NCBI GenBank assembly: GCA_040768745.1
Contig: JAXGMI010000001.1
Span: 1,280,001-1,344,000, forward strand
Length of the DNA: 64,000 bases
Reading direction: 5' to 3'
Source: Desulfomicrobium sp.
Lineage (GTDB): Bacteria; Desulfobacterota; Desulfovibrionia; Desulfovibrionales; Desulfomicrobiaceae
The notes beneath the pieces were generated by a model. The model did no database searches. It saw nothing but the letters and a program-made list of their open reading frames with translations, and was not told the DNA's origin. The position numbers and the translations under genes were made by a program. Positions 41,251 through 50,749 of the stretch are shown in pieces (positions within the stretch are counted from its first letter, which is position 1; each line of letters begins with the position of its first letter).

Positions 41251-42371
41251 GCGAGGAGCGGGATACCCCGCAGGATCCGGTACTCCCGCCAGAACAGGAA
41301 GCGGGACAGTCGGAATCCGAGACATGCTTGCCCCCTGACAATGCCAAGGCCGCACGTGAAGAGGAAAATGGCGAGGATACTGTTCTCCACCTGTCCGACT
41401 CAGCACATGACATCGCGGACGGAGAACAAGGAGACGAAGAAGCTGATCCCGCCCATGGCGATCTGAACGGGGAGCCCCCTGCGGACGAGGCTTTGGGCGG
41501 GGTTGAGCAGGGCACAGCGGATGAGCATTCTGTTCCCACCGCCCTGGAGCAGGCTGACGAGGCCTTTGCCGAGGAGCAGCGCATCGCTGCGAAGATGACC
41601 CCGCCGAACGCGGGCGGAAACGAGATGACCTTCACCGAGCATCTCGAAGAGCTGCGCAAGCGACTGACCCGCTGCCTCGTTGCCGCATTTGTGGGGCTTC
41701 TGGTCTGCTACGGATTCGCCGAGCAGCTTTTCCTGCAGCTGATGGCCCCCCTCATAGAACAGCTGGCTCCGTCCGGAGGGACCCTGATCTATACCGGTTT
41801 GCCCGAGGCCTTTTTCACCCATCTGAAGGTCGCGGCCATTGCCGGACTTTTCCTGGTCAGCCCCTACATCTTTTACCAGCTGTGGATGTTCATCGCGCCT
41901 GGCCTGTACGAGGGGGAACGCAAATGGATCGTCCCCATCGCCCTGTGTTCAGCCCTCTGCTTCGTGGCCGGCGCGCTGTTTGGCTACTTCATCGTCTTTC
42001 CCTTTGGGTTCCAGTTTTTCCTGGGCTATGCCACGGACTTCATCAAGCCCATGCCCTCGGTGAAGGAATATTTCGGCTTTGCCACAAGCATGCTTTTCGC
42101 CTTTGGGTTCATTTTCGAGTTGCCGCTGTTCATGTTGTTCCTGTCCGCCCTGGGGGTCGTGACCCACAAGACCCTGCGCAAGCACCGCAAGTATGCAATT
42201 TTAGCCAACTTCATCGTCGCGGCCATCCTGACTCCGCCAGACGTGGTCTCTCAGCTCTTGATGGCCGGGCCGCTTCTGTTGCTGTACGAGATCGGAATCT
42301 GGGTTTCCTATGTGTTCGGCAAGAGGCCCAAAGAACCTGAATCGGACGCCCAGTCCGCCACCCCCGCATAG
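41247..42371 (+). CDS. tatC: Tat translocase TatC with an acidic N-terminal extension
   Basis: Motifs HLEELRKRL, FIAPGLY and LTPPD. Confidence 0.95.
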   Translation: MSEERDTPQDPVLPPEQEAGQSESETCLPPDNAKAAREEENGEDTVLHLSDSAHDIADGEQGDEEADPAHGDLNGEPPADEALGGVEQGTADEHSVPTALEQADEAFAEEQRIAAKMTPPNAGGNEMTFTEHLEELRKRLTRCLVAAFVGLLVCYGFAEQLFLQLMAPLIEQLAPSGGTLIYTGLPEAFFTHLKVAAIAGLFLVSPYIFYQLWMFIAPGLYEGERKWIVPIALCSALCFVAGALFGYFIVFPFGFQFFLGYATDFIKPMPSVKEYFGFATSMLFAFGFIFELPLFMLFLSALGVVTHKTLRKHRKYAILANFIVAAILTPPDVVSQLLMAGPLLLLYEIGIWVSYVFGKRPKEPESDAQSATPA

Positions 42372-42414
42372 CTAGGCAGGACTGCTGGTTTGTTTTCTGT
42401 TCGAGGAGTATAAT

Positions 42415-43020
42415 ATGGATTTACGTATCGGCACCATGGAGCGCGAGACGCGCGAGACGCGCATCTCCGTCCGCATCAACCTGGATGGCGCAGGGACGAC
42501 CGACATACGAACCGGATTCGGCTTTGCCGATCACATGCTCGACCTGATGGGGCACTGGGCTGGGTTTGACCTGCGCGTGACCTGTGCGGGGGACATGCAC
42601 ATCGATGCCCACCACTCTCTGGAGGACGTGGGTTTGTGTCTGGGCAGCGCCTTGGTCGCGGCGCTGGGCGATCGCAGAGGCATTGCCCGGGTGGGCAGCG
42701 CCAGGGTGCCCATGGACGAGGCCCTGACCGAGGTCTGTCTGGATCTGTCAGGGAGGCCATACCTGGTCTACGAGGAGAGCCTGTTGCCGCCTGTCATTGC
42801 CGGACAGGAAAAGGATTTGTGGCGTGAGTTTCTCAAGTCCCTGGCCGTCAAGGGCGGAATGAACCTGCACGTGCGCATGCTCTACGGACAAAACGGGCAC
42901 CATTTGCTGGAATCCGTGTTCAAGGGACTCGGGCTGGCTCTGCGCCAGGCCGTCCGCATCGAACGCGAGGATGTGCTGAGCACCAAAGGAGGGCTGGACG
43001 CATGCGGTATCTGTTGTTGA
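42415..43020 (+). CDS. hisB: Imidazoleglycerol-phosphate dehydratase
   Basis: Motifs [20 protein letters not shown] and NGHHLLE. Confidence 0.96.
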   Translation: MDLRIGTMERETRETRISVRINLDGAGTTDIRTGFGFADHMLDLMGHWAGFDLRVTCAGDMHIDAHHSLEDVGLCLGSALVAALGDRRGIARVGSARVPMDEALTEVCLDLSGRPYLVYEESLLPPVIAGQEKDLWREFLKSLAVKGGMNLHVRMLYGQNGHHLLESVFKGLGLALRQAVRIEREDVLSTKGGLDACGICC

Positions 43021-43625
43021 CACTTCTCTTCACCTGTGCGGCCTGCGCCACTCCGGTACGCTGGCCAGCCGTGCCGCCGGCCTCCACCCTGGCTGTAGCC
43101 CACTTCATCCACCCCCAGAACGATTGGGAGCTGATGGCCGGGGTCCTGCCGGAGGACCTCACGCCGGTGAACCCGGAAACGTTGGCCGCCCTGGACGCGG
43201 ATCTGGCCGATATCCTGGAGAAGAGGGGAGTGCATCCGGTCATGCGCGCGGCCATGGTCAGGCAGTGCGAGGAAATCGTTCTGGCGAGCAAGGAGCGGCG
43301 TCGCTTCGAGGCCGTGGAATACTGGAAAGCCGTGGGCCAGTGCCTGCAGACCGAGTTTTTGCTGGTGCCCTACGTCACCCGCTGGCAGGAGCGTCAGGGT
43401 GGAGAGTGGGGTGTGCAGCGTCCGGCCGGGTTGACCGTGGACCTCTACCTCATTGAGGTGGCCAGCGGGCAGGTCCGACGCTATCATTTCGAGGAGGAGC
43501 AGCGAGGTCTGGCGGAAAATCTGCTGCTGGGCAAACGGTTCTTCAAGCGCCATGGGCGCTGGGTCACCCCGCGTGAGATAGCGGCGGATGCGCTGGAAGA
43601 AGGGACGCGGGAGCTTGGGCTGTGA
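43002..43625 (+). CDS. Lipoprotein of unknown function
   Basis: Lipobox LLFTCAAC. Overlaps hisB and hisA. Confidence 0.75.
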   Translation: MRYLLLTLLFTCAACATPVRWPAVPPASTLAVAHFIHPQNDWELMAGVLPEDLTPVNPETLAALDADLADILEKRGVHPVMRAAMVRQCEEIVLASKERRRFEAVEYWKAVGQCLQTEFLLVPYVTRWQERQGGEWGVQRPAGLTVDLYLIEVASGQVRRYHFEEEQRGLAENLLLGKRFFKRHGRWVTPREIAADALEEGTRELGL

Positions 43626-44353
43626 ACATATTTCCGGCCGTGGACATCAAGGATGGCAAATGCGTCCGTCTGCGCCAGGGTGTGGAGGATCAGGTCACTG
43701 TCTTCTCAGATGACCCCTCGGCCATGGCCAGGCAGTGGGAAGGCATGGGCGCCAGGTGGCTGCATGTCATCGACCTGGATGGCGCATTCAGCGGCACTCC
43801 GCGCAACATGGAGCTGATCCGGACCCTTTGTGCAGGTGTTTCCATTCCGGTCCAGCTGGGGGGCGGGGTGCGCAGCGTGGAGGTGGCTGGCAAGTACCTG
43901 CAGGCCGGGGTGACCCGGCTCATCATCGGAACCATGGCCCTGGAAGACCCGAAATTGTTCCGCGAACTCTGCGCTGCCTTCCCGGGCCGCATCGGCGTGT
44001 CCCTGGACGCCCGCGACGGCCGGCTGAAGACCAAGGGCTGGGTGGAGGACGCGGGCAAGACCGTGGCCGATGTCGTGCCAGAACTGGAGGAAGCGGGAGC
44101 CGCGTTCTTCATATACACGGACATCAGTCGCGACGGAATGCAGTCCGGGGTCAACATCCCGGCCCTGGAGGCCCTGCTGGACTTGACGGACCGGCCCGTG
44201 CTCATTGCCGGGGGCATTTCCACCCTGGCGGACGTGCAGGTTGTTTTCCCCCTGTCCCGCAAGGGTTTGGACGGCGTCATCACCGGCAAGGCCATCTATG
44301 CCGGCAGCCTCGACCTGAAAGAGGCCCTGGACTGGCTGGCGGCCCAGGACTGA
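43622..44353 (+). CDS. hisA: ProFAR isomerase
   Basis: Motifs [24 protein letters not shown] and TDISRDG. Confidence 0.96.
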   Translation: MNIFPAVDIKDGKCVRLRQGVEDQVTVFSDDPSAMARQWEGMGARWLHVIDLDGAFSGTPRNMELIRTLCAGVSIPVQLGGGVRSVEVAGKYLQAGVTRLIIGTMALEDPKLFRELCAAFPGRIGVSLDARDGRLKTKGWVEDAGKTVADVVPELEEAGAAFFIYTDISRDGMQSGVNIPALEALLDLTDRPVLIAGGISTLADVQVVFPLSRKGLDGVITGKAIYAGSLDLKEALDWLAAQD

Positions 44354-44510
44354 CTCCGGAAAAGCTCTCTCCTCTGTTCATCCGCAGCCGCGGGCTGCGG
44401 CCCTGCCCGAAGCCCTCAGGAACGGCAACGCAGCCAGCCGTCCTGAAACGAAGCGCCCGATCGCAAGACCGGGCGTTTTGATTTGCATGACCGGGACGTG
44501 CGGGGACCGG

Positions 44511-45137
44511 TCATTTTGTGCCGAAGATCTTGTCCCCCGCGTCGCCCAGTCCAGGCAGGATGTAGCCATGCTCGTTCAATCGCTCGTCCACGGCAGCGGT
44601 GTAGATGTCCACATCCGGATGGGCCTGGGTGATGCGGGCGAGGCCTTCGGGCGCTGCCACCAGGAAAAGGCCGCGGATGCTCGTGCAGCCGGCTTTTTTC
44701 AGACAACGGATGGTGGCGTCCAGGGTCCCCCCCGTGGCCAGCATGGGATCAAGGATGAGGGCCATGCGCTTATTGATGTTCTTGGCCAGCTTGACATAGT
44801 ACTCCACGGGCTGAAGGGTCTCCTCATTGCGGTAGAAGCCCACAACGCTGACCTTGGCCCCCGGAACCAGGTCAAGCACGCCGTCCTGCATGCCCAGCCC
44901 GGCGCGGAGGATGGGCACCACCGTGATCTTCTTGCCCTTGATGACATCCACTTCCACCGGTCCGGCCCAGCCCTGGACAGTCTTCTTTTCCGTTTCCAGA
45001 TCCTTTGTGGCTTCGTAGGTCAGCAGCCTGGCTATTTCCGATGCGAGTTCGCGGAAGTTCTTGGTGCTGATGTCATGCTTGCGCATGAGTCCGAGCTTGT
45101 GCCTGATCAGTGGGTGTTCCGCCACGTATACTGCCAT
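44511..45137 (-). CDS. upp: Uracil phosphoribosyltransferase
   Basis: Motifs [16 protein letters not shown] and [11 protein letters not shown]. Confidence 0.97.
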   Translation of the reverse strand: MAVYVAEHPLIRHKLGLMRKHDISTKNFRELASEIARLLTYEATKDLETEKKTVQGWAGPVEVDVIKGKKITVVPILRAGLGMQDGVLDLVPGAKVSVVGFYRNEETLQPVEYYVKLAKNINKRMALILDPMLATGGTLDATIRCLKKAGCTSIRGLFLVAAPEGLARITQAHPDVDIYTAAVDERLNEHGYILPGLGDAGDKIFGTK

Positions 45138-45198
45138 GAGTCCTCCGCATAACGCCCAAGCAGCGCTCGCTCTGGGCGGATTGTGGTAACGTTTTTCC

Positions 45199-45228
45199 TT
45201 GCTATGCCTCCCGCAGTGTTCAGGTCAA
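45199..45228 (-). promoter_or_regulatory. Possible sigma70 promoter of upp
   Basis: TTGACC-18 nt-TAGCAA. Confidence 0.35.
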
Positions 45229-45468
45229 GGTGCATACCCAGTCATCGCGGGGGTTGGACGGGCTGGCCATGCCTGTTTCCTTTAAGCAGGGAGACTCCGC
45301 ATGAAGCAATCGCTCTTTGGGATGAAAGCGGGGTCTCTTTCCGGTTTCCCAGGGTTGACCGGGTCAAACAGCCAGTGAGGTCGGCGGAGTAGAACAAATA
45401 CTAGCACCTTCATCCGCGTTCATGCGCTGGAAGTGAAAGATGCCTGTTGCTGTTCTGTGCCGTAAAGG

Positions 45469-46059
45469 TCATGCAGGCGGATGGGGCAGCCTCTGCACAA
45501 AGAGCTGCCAGAGCTTGTCGATGTTCATGCCGGAGTGGCTGGAAACGAGCAGGGGCGGTTTTTCCCCGTGCAGGAGGCGCTGCCAGGCCGCTTGATTGGT
45601 GTGGCGGGCATTCTGCTTGCATTTGTCCGCCTTGGTCATGACCGGGATGACGTCGACTCCCAGGGAGGTGATGTATCCGATGAGCTCCATGTCCATGACC
45701 TGGGGGGGGAGGCGTGAATCGAGCAGGGCCACCACTCCAATGAGCCAGGAATTGTTCTGCAGATACCTGGCGATGAGCTTGGCCCACTTGTCCCGTTCGG
45801 ACTTGGAACAGCGGGCATAACCGTATCCGGGCAGGTCGACGAGATAGAAGTCTTCAGGACTGACCTTGTAGAAGTTCAGACTGCGGGTTTTTCCCGGAGT
45901 GGAACTGATCTTGGCCAGGTTTTTCCTTCCCGAGAGTCTGTTCAGAAGAGAGGATTTGCCTACATTGGATCGTCCTGCCAGGGCAAGTTGCGGGAGAGGC
46001 ATTTCAATCAGTTGGTCGATGGTGTATATGGTCTTTTCTAAAATTACGGTGCTGGGCAT
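45469..46059 (-). CDS. yihA: GTP-binding protein YihA/EngB
   Basis: Motifs GRSNVGKSS, TPGKT, DLPGYG and TKADK. Confidence 0.96.
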   Translation of the reverse strand: MPSTVILEKTIYTIDQLIEMPLPQLALAGRSNVGKSSLLNRLSGRKNLAKISSTPGKTRSLNFYKVSPEDFYLVDLPGYGYARCSKSERDKWAKLIARYLQNNSWLIGVVALLDSRLPPQVMDMELIGYITSLGVDVIPVMTKADKCKQNARHTNQAAWQRLLHGEKPPLLVSSHSGMNIDKLWQLFVQRLPHPPA

Positions 46060-46163
46060 GGAACAACGAATTCCTGGGCTAAGGGTTCTTGACGAAATAC
46101 GTACTGATCAGGCAGTGATAGAAAGAATTGTCTTGTTGAGCAATACTTAATTGGAGGCATACT

Positions 46164-46979
46164 ATGCGTGCGGTGCTTGTGATCCTCGGCGCGGTCGTCC
46201 TGCTGGCTGCGTGCACCAAGGAAGTGAAGCTGGTGACGGCCACGAGTTCAAGAGAGCCCCTCGTCGTGTCGGAAAAAGCCACGGTGGAACTGCGGTTGAG
46301 CGCAGCGGACTTGGCCAAGGACCCGGATCCGGACGGGTTCGTCTGGCAAAATTCAAGGGAGGCCGGCCTGTTGAAGGTCTTCAACAAGATCCTGAACAAA
46401 GACCTTCTGGTCACTCCTGTGGACGGGCTGTTCCCGCCGGACATCGACGAAGGGCGGTTCACTTCGACGGGGTTGTTGAGTCAGTCCCGGGATGAGGAAA
46501 CCGGCGACTTCGTGCAGAATTTTCTCGTTTCGACCCGCTTTGTCGGCGATCTGGACCTGGGCGGCCAGATCATCGTCAATGAAGAGGCCAACTACATCGC
46601 CGGCATGCACGACATCGTTTATGCCATGCTCTACAAGACCGTGCCTCCGGCGCTGCCCGCCTACGTGGTCATCGCCGAACCGGCCGAGGAACTCGGGTCC
46701 AGCTTTGCCAGGGTCATCGGCATGGCCGAGGTCAAGCAGCTCATGACCGATACCGTGTCCCTGCCCCAGGAGCAGGGTGGCGCCTCCGGAACCCTGTGCG
46801 TTCTGGAGATCATGGTCAGCGACCGGGAGATAGAGGCCGGGGATCGGGTCTTCCTGCTGACCGTGGACGTGGCCGCCCTGGACAGCCCCCCTGCCCTCCC
46901 CGGGCACAGGGAACTGGAAACCGTGGTGGTTCAGCCGCCTTACTCCGACAAGGTCCAGGAGCCCAGGGAAAAGAAGTAG
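46164..46979 (+). CDS. Lipoprotein of unknown function
   Basis: GGAGG RBS and lipobox LLAAC. Confidence 0.8.
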   Translation: MRAVLVILGAVVLLAACTKEVKLVTATSSREPLVVSEKATVELRLSAADLAKDPDPDGFVWQNSREAGLLKVFNKILNKDLLVTPVDGLFPPDIDEGRFTSTGLLSQSRDEETGDFVQNFLVSTRFVGDLDLGGQIIVNEEANYIAGMHDIVYAMLYKTVPPALPAYVVIAEPAEELGSSFARVIGMAEVKQLMTDTVSLPQEQGGASGTLCVLEIMVSDREIEAGDRVFLLTVDVAALDSPPALPGHRELETVVVQPPYSDKVQEPREKK

Positions 46980-46981
46980 CC

Positions 46982-47431
46982 GTGGACGTCCTGGTCATGA
47001 ACGGTCCCAATCTGGGGTTTCTGGGGCAGCGCCAGCCTGAGATCTATGGGACCCTGGGCATGGATGCCCTGCCGGATCTGGTGGCCCGCCTGCTGGGGGA
47101 GAACGCCCGAAGGATCCGGTTGACGGAGTTCCAGTCCAACTCCGAGGGCGCCCTCATCGACCGTCTGGAAGAGGCCTGGAAGGAGCGCGTGGATGGCATT
47201 GTCCTCAATGCCGGGGCCTACACGCATACCAGCCTAGCCCTGGCCGACTGCCTGGCCTGGATCAAGATTCCCTGTGTGGAAGTCCATCTGAGCAATGTGC
47301 ACGCCCGCAGCTCCCACCTGCGGCACACCAGCCTTGTGGCGAAACACTGCCTCGGGGCTATTGCCGGCTTCGGAGTTATGAGCTATGCGCTCGCAGTCCA
47401 AGCGCTCTGGCAGCACCTGAGCCAGCAGTGA
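46982..47431 (+). CDS. aroQ: Type II 3-dehydroquinate dehydratase
   Basis: Motifs NGPNL...RQPEIYG, QSNSEG, NAGAYTHTS and EVHLSN. Confidence 0.95.
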   Translation: MDVLVMNGPNLGFLGQRQPEIYGTLGMDALPDLVARLLGENARRIRLTEFQSNSEGALIDRLEEAWKERVDGIVLNAGAYTHTSLALADCLAWIKIPCVEVHLSNVHARSSHLRHTSLVAKHCLGAIAGFGVMSYALAVQALWQHLSQQ

Positions 47432-47479
47432 TGGCCGTATGCCGGGCATGGACAATCCAACGGAGGAATTGAGGCACGC

Positions 47480-48037
47480 ATGTTAGCTACAAGTGATTTC
47501 AAGAAAGGCAGGAAGATAGAAATCGATGGCGCACCCTGCGAGATTCTGGAGTGCAGCCACTACAAACCGGGCAAAGGCGGCGCGTTCATGCGCACCAAGT
47601 ACCGCAATCTGATCACCGGAGCCGTGGTCGAGCAGAATTTCCGTTCCGGGATCAAGTTTCCCCGGCCCGACCTGGAAGTCCGGGAAATGCAGTACCTGTA
47701 CAACGAAGGCGACGGCTACGCATTCATGGACATGACCACCTACGAACAGATCTCCATCCCGACGGACATCGTCGGGGACAAGGGCGGGTATCTGAAGGAG
47801 GCCTCGGCCTACAAGGTCATGCTCTACGAGGGACGCCCTCTGGATCTGGAGATGTCCGGATCCGTTGTGCTGGAGGTGACCATGACCGACCCCGGGGTCA
47901 AGGGCGACACGGTCACCGGCGCGACCAAGCCCGCCACCCTGGAAACCGGCGTGGTGGTCAATGTGCCTCTTTTTGTGGAAATCGGGACCAGGATCAAGGT
48001 CAATACGGAAACAGGCGAATATCTCGGCCGCGAATAG
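47480..48037 (+). CDS. efp: Elongation factor P
   Basis: Motifs [15 protein letters not shown] and VPLFV. Confidence 0.97.
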   Translation: MLATSDFKKGRKIEIDGAPCEILECSHYKPGKGGAFMRTKYRNLITGAVVEQNFRSGIKFPRPDLEVREMQYLYNEGDGYAFMDMTTYEQISIPTDIVGDKGGYLKEASAYKVMLYEGRPLDLEMSGSVVLEVTMTDPGVKGDTVTGATKPATLETGVVVNVPLFVEIGTRIKVNTETGEYLGRE

Positions 48038-48056
48038 CAGACCTGCCCGCAGCACC

Positions 48057-48095
48057 CAAAAGGCCATGGAGAGCGCTCTGTGGCCTTTTGTTTTT
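48057..48095 (+). terminator. Intrinsic terminator after efp
   Basis: CAAAAGGCCATGGAG-AGCG-CTCTGTGGCCTTTTG followed by a T run. Confidence 0.75.
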
Positions 48096-48115
48096 GGACA
48101 CCAATACAACGACAC

Positions 48116-50290
48116 ATGACAACTGACGGCAACAAGCTCATGCGCGAGATCAGCGCCCTGATTCTGGCCTGCCTCCTGGCCCTGGTCACGCTGGCCCTCT
48201 ATTCCTATGCCCCGGCCGACCCGGGATTCAACCATCAGGCCATGGCCGGACACAAGACCCAGAACCTAGTCGGCATTGTTGGAGCCTACATGGCCAGCGC
48301 CCTGGTGGACCTGTGCGGGGGGGCGGCCTGGCTGTGGCCGGTCTTCATGGCCCTGGCGGCCGGCGTGCTTTTTTTCCGCCAGTTCCGGCCAGCCTGGTGG
48401 CGCTGGCTGGGCGGAGCCATCCTGTCCGTCATGCTGCCCGTCTGGATCGAACATGGATCAGCCGCCCTGGGATTGTCCGGCACGGGCATGGCCGGAGGGG
48501 GCTTTGTGGGTCGCAGCCTGGAGGGGTTCTTCCAGCGCAACCTGGGCGGATACGGATTTGTGCTGGTGGGGTTGTGTCTGACCCTCATCGGCGCCCGGCT
48601 GCTGATCGGTATCCCGTTTCGCGTCCTGACAGAAAAATTCCACAGCGCCAGGGCGGGACTGGTCAGGATCAGGGAGCGGTTCCGGCAATGGGCAGGGGAT
48701 GAGCCCCCTGCACCCGTGCCAGGGCCGCCACCGCGTCCGGTCAGGGCGGAGCGACCCAAGGCCAGGCCCGTCCCGGCTGAGCCACGGGAGGAGCGGTCCG
48801 AACCGAAGCCGGTGGCCAAGCCGGTCAGGATCGCTCCTGCTGCCCAGGCTGCGGGCGTTCTCCTGCCCCCATTGGACCTGCTGGCCCCTGTCCCGGCCTC
48901 CCGGGTGACGGCATCCAAGGCCGTGCTGGATCGGCAGTCTCAGTCCCTGACCGCTTGCTTCGCCGATTTCGGCATTCAAGGCGAGGTGCAGGGCGTGCAG
49001 CCCGGTCCGGTCATCACCATGTTCGAGTTCAAGCCTGCCCCGGGGATCAAGGTCAGCCGCATCGCGGGCATGGGCGACGACCTGGCCCTGGCCCTGAAGG
49101 CCAGGGCCGTGCGCATCGTGGCCCCGCTTCCCGGGCGGGACACCGTGGGCATCGAGATCCCCAATGAACAGCGCCAGGCCGTCTATCTGCGCGAGATCCT
49201 GGACGACCCGATTTTTGCCGAAGCCAAGGCCCAGCTTCCCCTGGCCCTGGGCAAGGATATCCAGGGCAAGCCCAGAATCGCGGACCTGGCCAGGATGCCG
49301 CACATGCTCGTGGCCGGGGCCACGGGCGCGGGCAAGTCCGTGTGTCTGAACTGCCTGCTCCTGAGTCTCGTGTACAAGCACGACCCCGAGCACGTGAAGC
49401 TCCTCCTGATAGACCCCAAGCGCATCGAACTGGCCGTGTACGGAACCCTGCCCCACCTGGTCCATCCCGTGGTCACGGACATGCACCTGGCCAAGAACGC
49501 CCTGGAGTGGGCCGTGTACGAGATGGAACAGCGCTACGAGGCCATGGCCCGGACCGGGGTCCGCCATATCACGACCTACAACCAGAAGCTGGAGGAGATG
49601 GGGGATGACCGGCCCGAGGATCTGCGCGACCTGAAGCCTTTTCCCTACCTGGTCATCGTGGTGGACGAACTGGCGGACATGATGATGACCGCGGCCAAGG
49701 AAGTGGAAGGCAGCATCGTCCGTCTGGCCCAGTTGGCCAGGGCCTCGGGCATCCACCTCATCCTGGCTACCCAGCGTCCGTCCGTGGACGTGGTCACGGG
49801 CATCATCAAGGCCAATTTCCCCTCCCGCATCGCCTTTCAGGTCAGTTCCAAGCACGATTCGCGGACCATCCTGGACGGGATCGGGGCCGAGCACCTCCTG
49901 GGCCAGGGCGACATGCTTTTCAAACTGAGCGGCGGAGGCGTGCAGCGTGTGCACGGGGCCTTTGTGGGCGACGACGAGATCGCCCGCGTGGTGGGGTTCT
50001 GGGAGAAGCAACGGCCGCAGCGGTTCGAGTTGGATTTTGCCGAGTGGAACACGGGCGGGGACAGCGGAGGGGATGGCAACGGCGGGGCCAGCGACGTGCT
50101 GGACGACCCCAAGTACGCCGAGGCCATCGACTTTGTCACGGATCAGGGCCGGGCCTCCATCTCCATGATCCAGCGCCGCCTGCGCATCGGGTTCAACCGC
50201 GCGGCCCGGTTCATCGAGCAGATGGAGATGGACGGTATCATCGGGCCCCAGGACGGCAGCAAGCCGCGGACAGTGCGGAAAAAAGACTGA
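48116..50290 (+). CDS. ftsK: DNA translocase FtsK
   Basis: TM N-terminus, motifs GATGAGKS, VDELAD and ATQRPSVDV, and gamma domain SMIQRRLRIGFNRAAR. Confidence 0.97.
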   Translation: MTTDGNKLMREISALILACLLALVTLALYSYAPADPGFNHQAMAGHKTQNLVGIVGAYMASALVDLCGGAAWLWPVFMALAAGVLFFRQFRPAWWRWLGGAILSVMLPVWIEHGSAALGLSGTGMAGGGFVGRSLEGFFQRNLGGYGFVLVGLCLTLIGARLLIGIPFRVLTEKFHSARAGLVRIRERFRQWAGDEPPAPVPGPPPRPVRAERPKARPVPAEPREERSEPKPVAKPVRIAPAAQAAGVLLPPLDLLAPVPASRVTASKAVLDRQSQSLTACFADFGIQGEVQGVQPGPVITMFEFKPAPGIKVSRIAGMGDDLALALKARAVRIVAPLPGRDTVGIEIPNEQRQAVYLREILDDPIFAEAKAQLPLALGKDIQGKPRIADLARMPHMLVAGATGAGKSVCLNCLLLSLVYKHDPEHVKLLLIDPKRIELAVYGTLPHLVHPVVTDMHLAKNALEWAVYEMEQRYEAMARTGVRHITTYNQKLEEMGDDRPEDLRDLKPFPYLVIVVDELADMMMTAAKEVEGSIVRLAQLARASGIHLILATQRPSVDVVTGIIKANFPSRIAFQVSSKHDSRTILDGIGAEHLLGQGDMLFKLSGGGVQRVHGAFVGDDEIARVVGFWEKQRPQRFELDFAEWNTGGDSGGDGNGGASDVLDDPKYAEAIDFVTDQGRASISMIQRRLRIGFNRAARFIEQMEMDGIIGPQDGSKPRTVRKKD

Positions 50291-50380
50291 TACAGCGCCC
50301 TGTGCGGCGGAGCGTCCCCGGAGGCATCTGTCCTGGACCGACGCAGGCCGCAGTGCCCCAGAGCCCGGCCCCCGCGTCTG

Positions 50381-50629
50381 TCAGGGCGAGAGCGGATCCT
50401 CCACGAGGGCGAAGCGGGGGCAGGTTTTTCCCTCGTGCAGCACATCCTCGGTGAACATGGACAGAGGACGCACCCACAGCCTGCCTTGGCCGTACAGGGG
50501 CCGGTAGACGACCATGTCTTCCAGCCCCTCGCTGTGCCGGGCAACGCCCAGAACCTCGTATTCCCCGCCCTTGAAATGGCGGTACCTGCCGGGCCGGATT
50601 CCGTCCCTGTCCGTCGTTGTGCCGTTCAT
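50381..50629 (-). CDS. DUF1653-family protein
   Basis: Motifs GRYRHFKGGEY, VVYRPLYG and WVRPLSMF. Confidence 0.88.
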   Translation of the reverse strand: MNGTTTDRDGIRPGRYRHFKGGEYEVLGVARHSEGLEDMVVYRPLYGQGRLWVRPLSMFTEDVLHEGKTCPRFALVEDPLSP

Positions 50630-50673
50630 GCCAATACCACCCCGTCTTCCGGGCTGTATGCCCTTGGGTGCCC

Positions 50674-50707
50674 CCTCCCTGCACGTGCCCTCCGGTGTGC
50701 AGGGAGG
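50674..50707. terminator. Hairpin downstream of the GH94 gene
   Basis: CCTCCCTGCAC...GTGCAGGGAGG. Confidence 0.4.
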
Positions 50708-50749
50708 CAGTTTTGCACACGCTTGGATTGTCGCGTCCCGTACCCGGGA

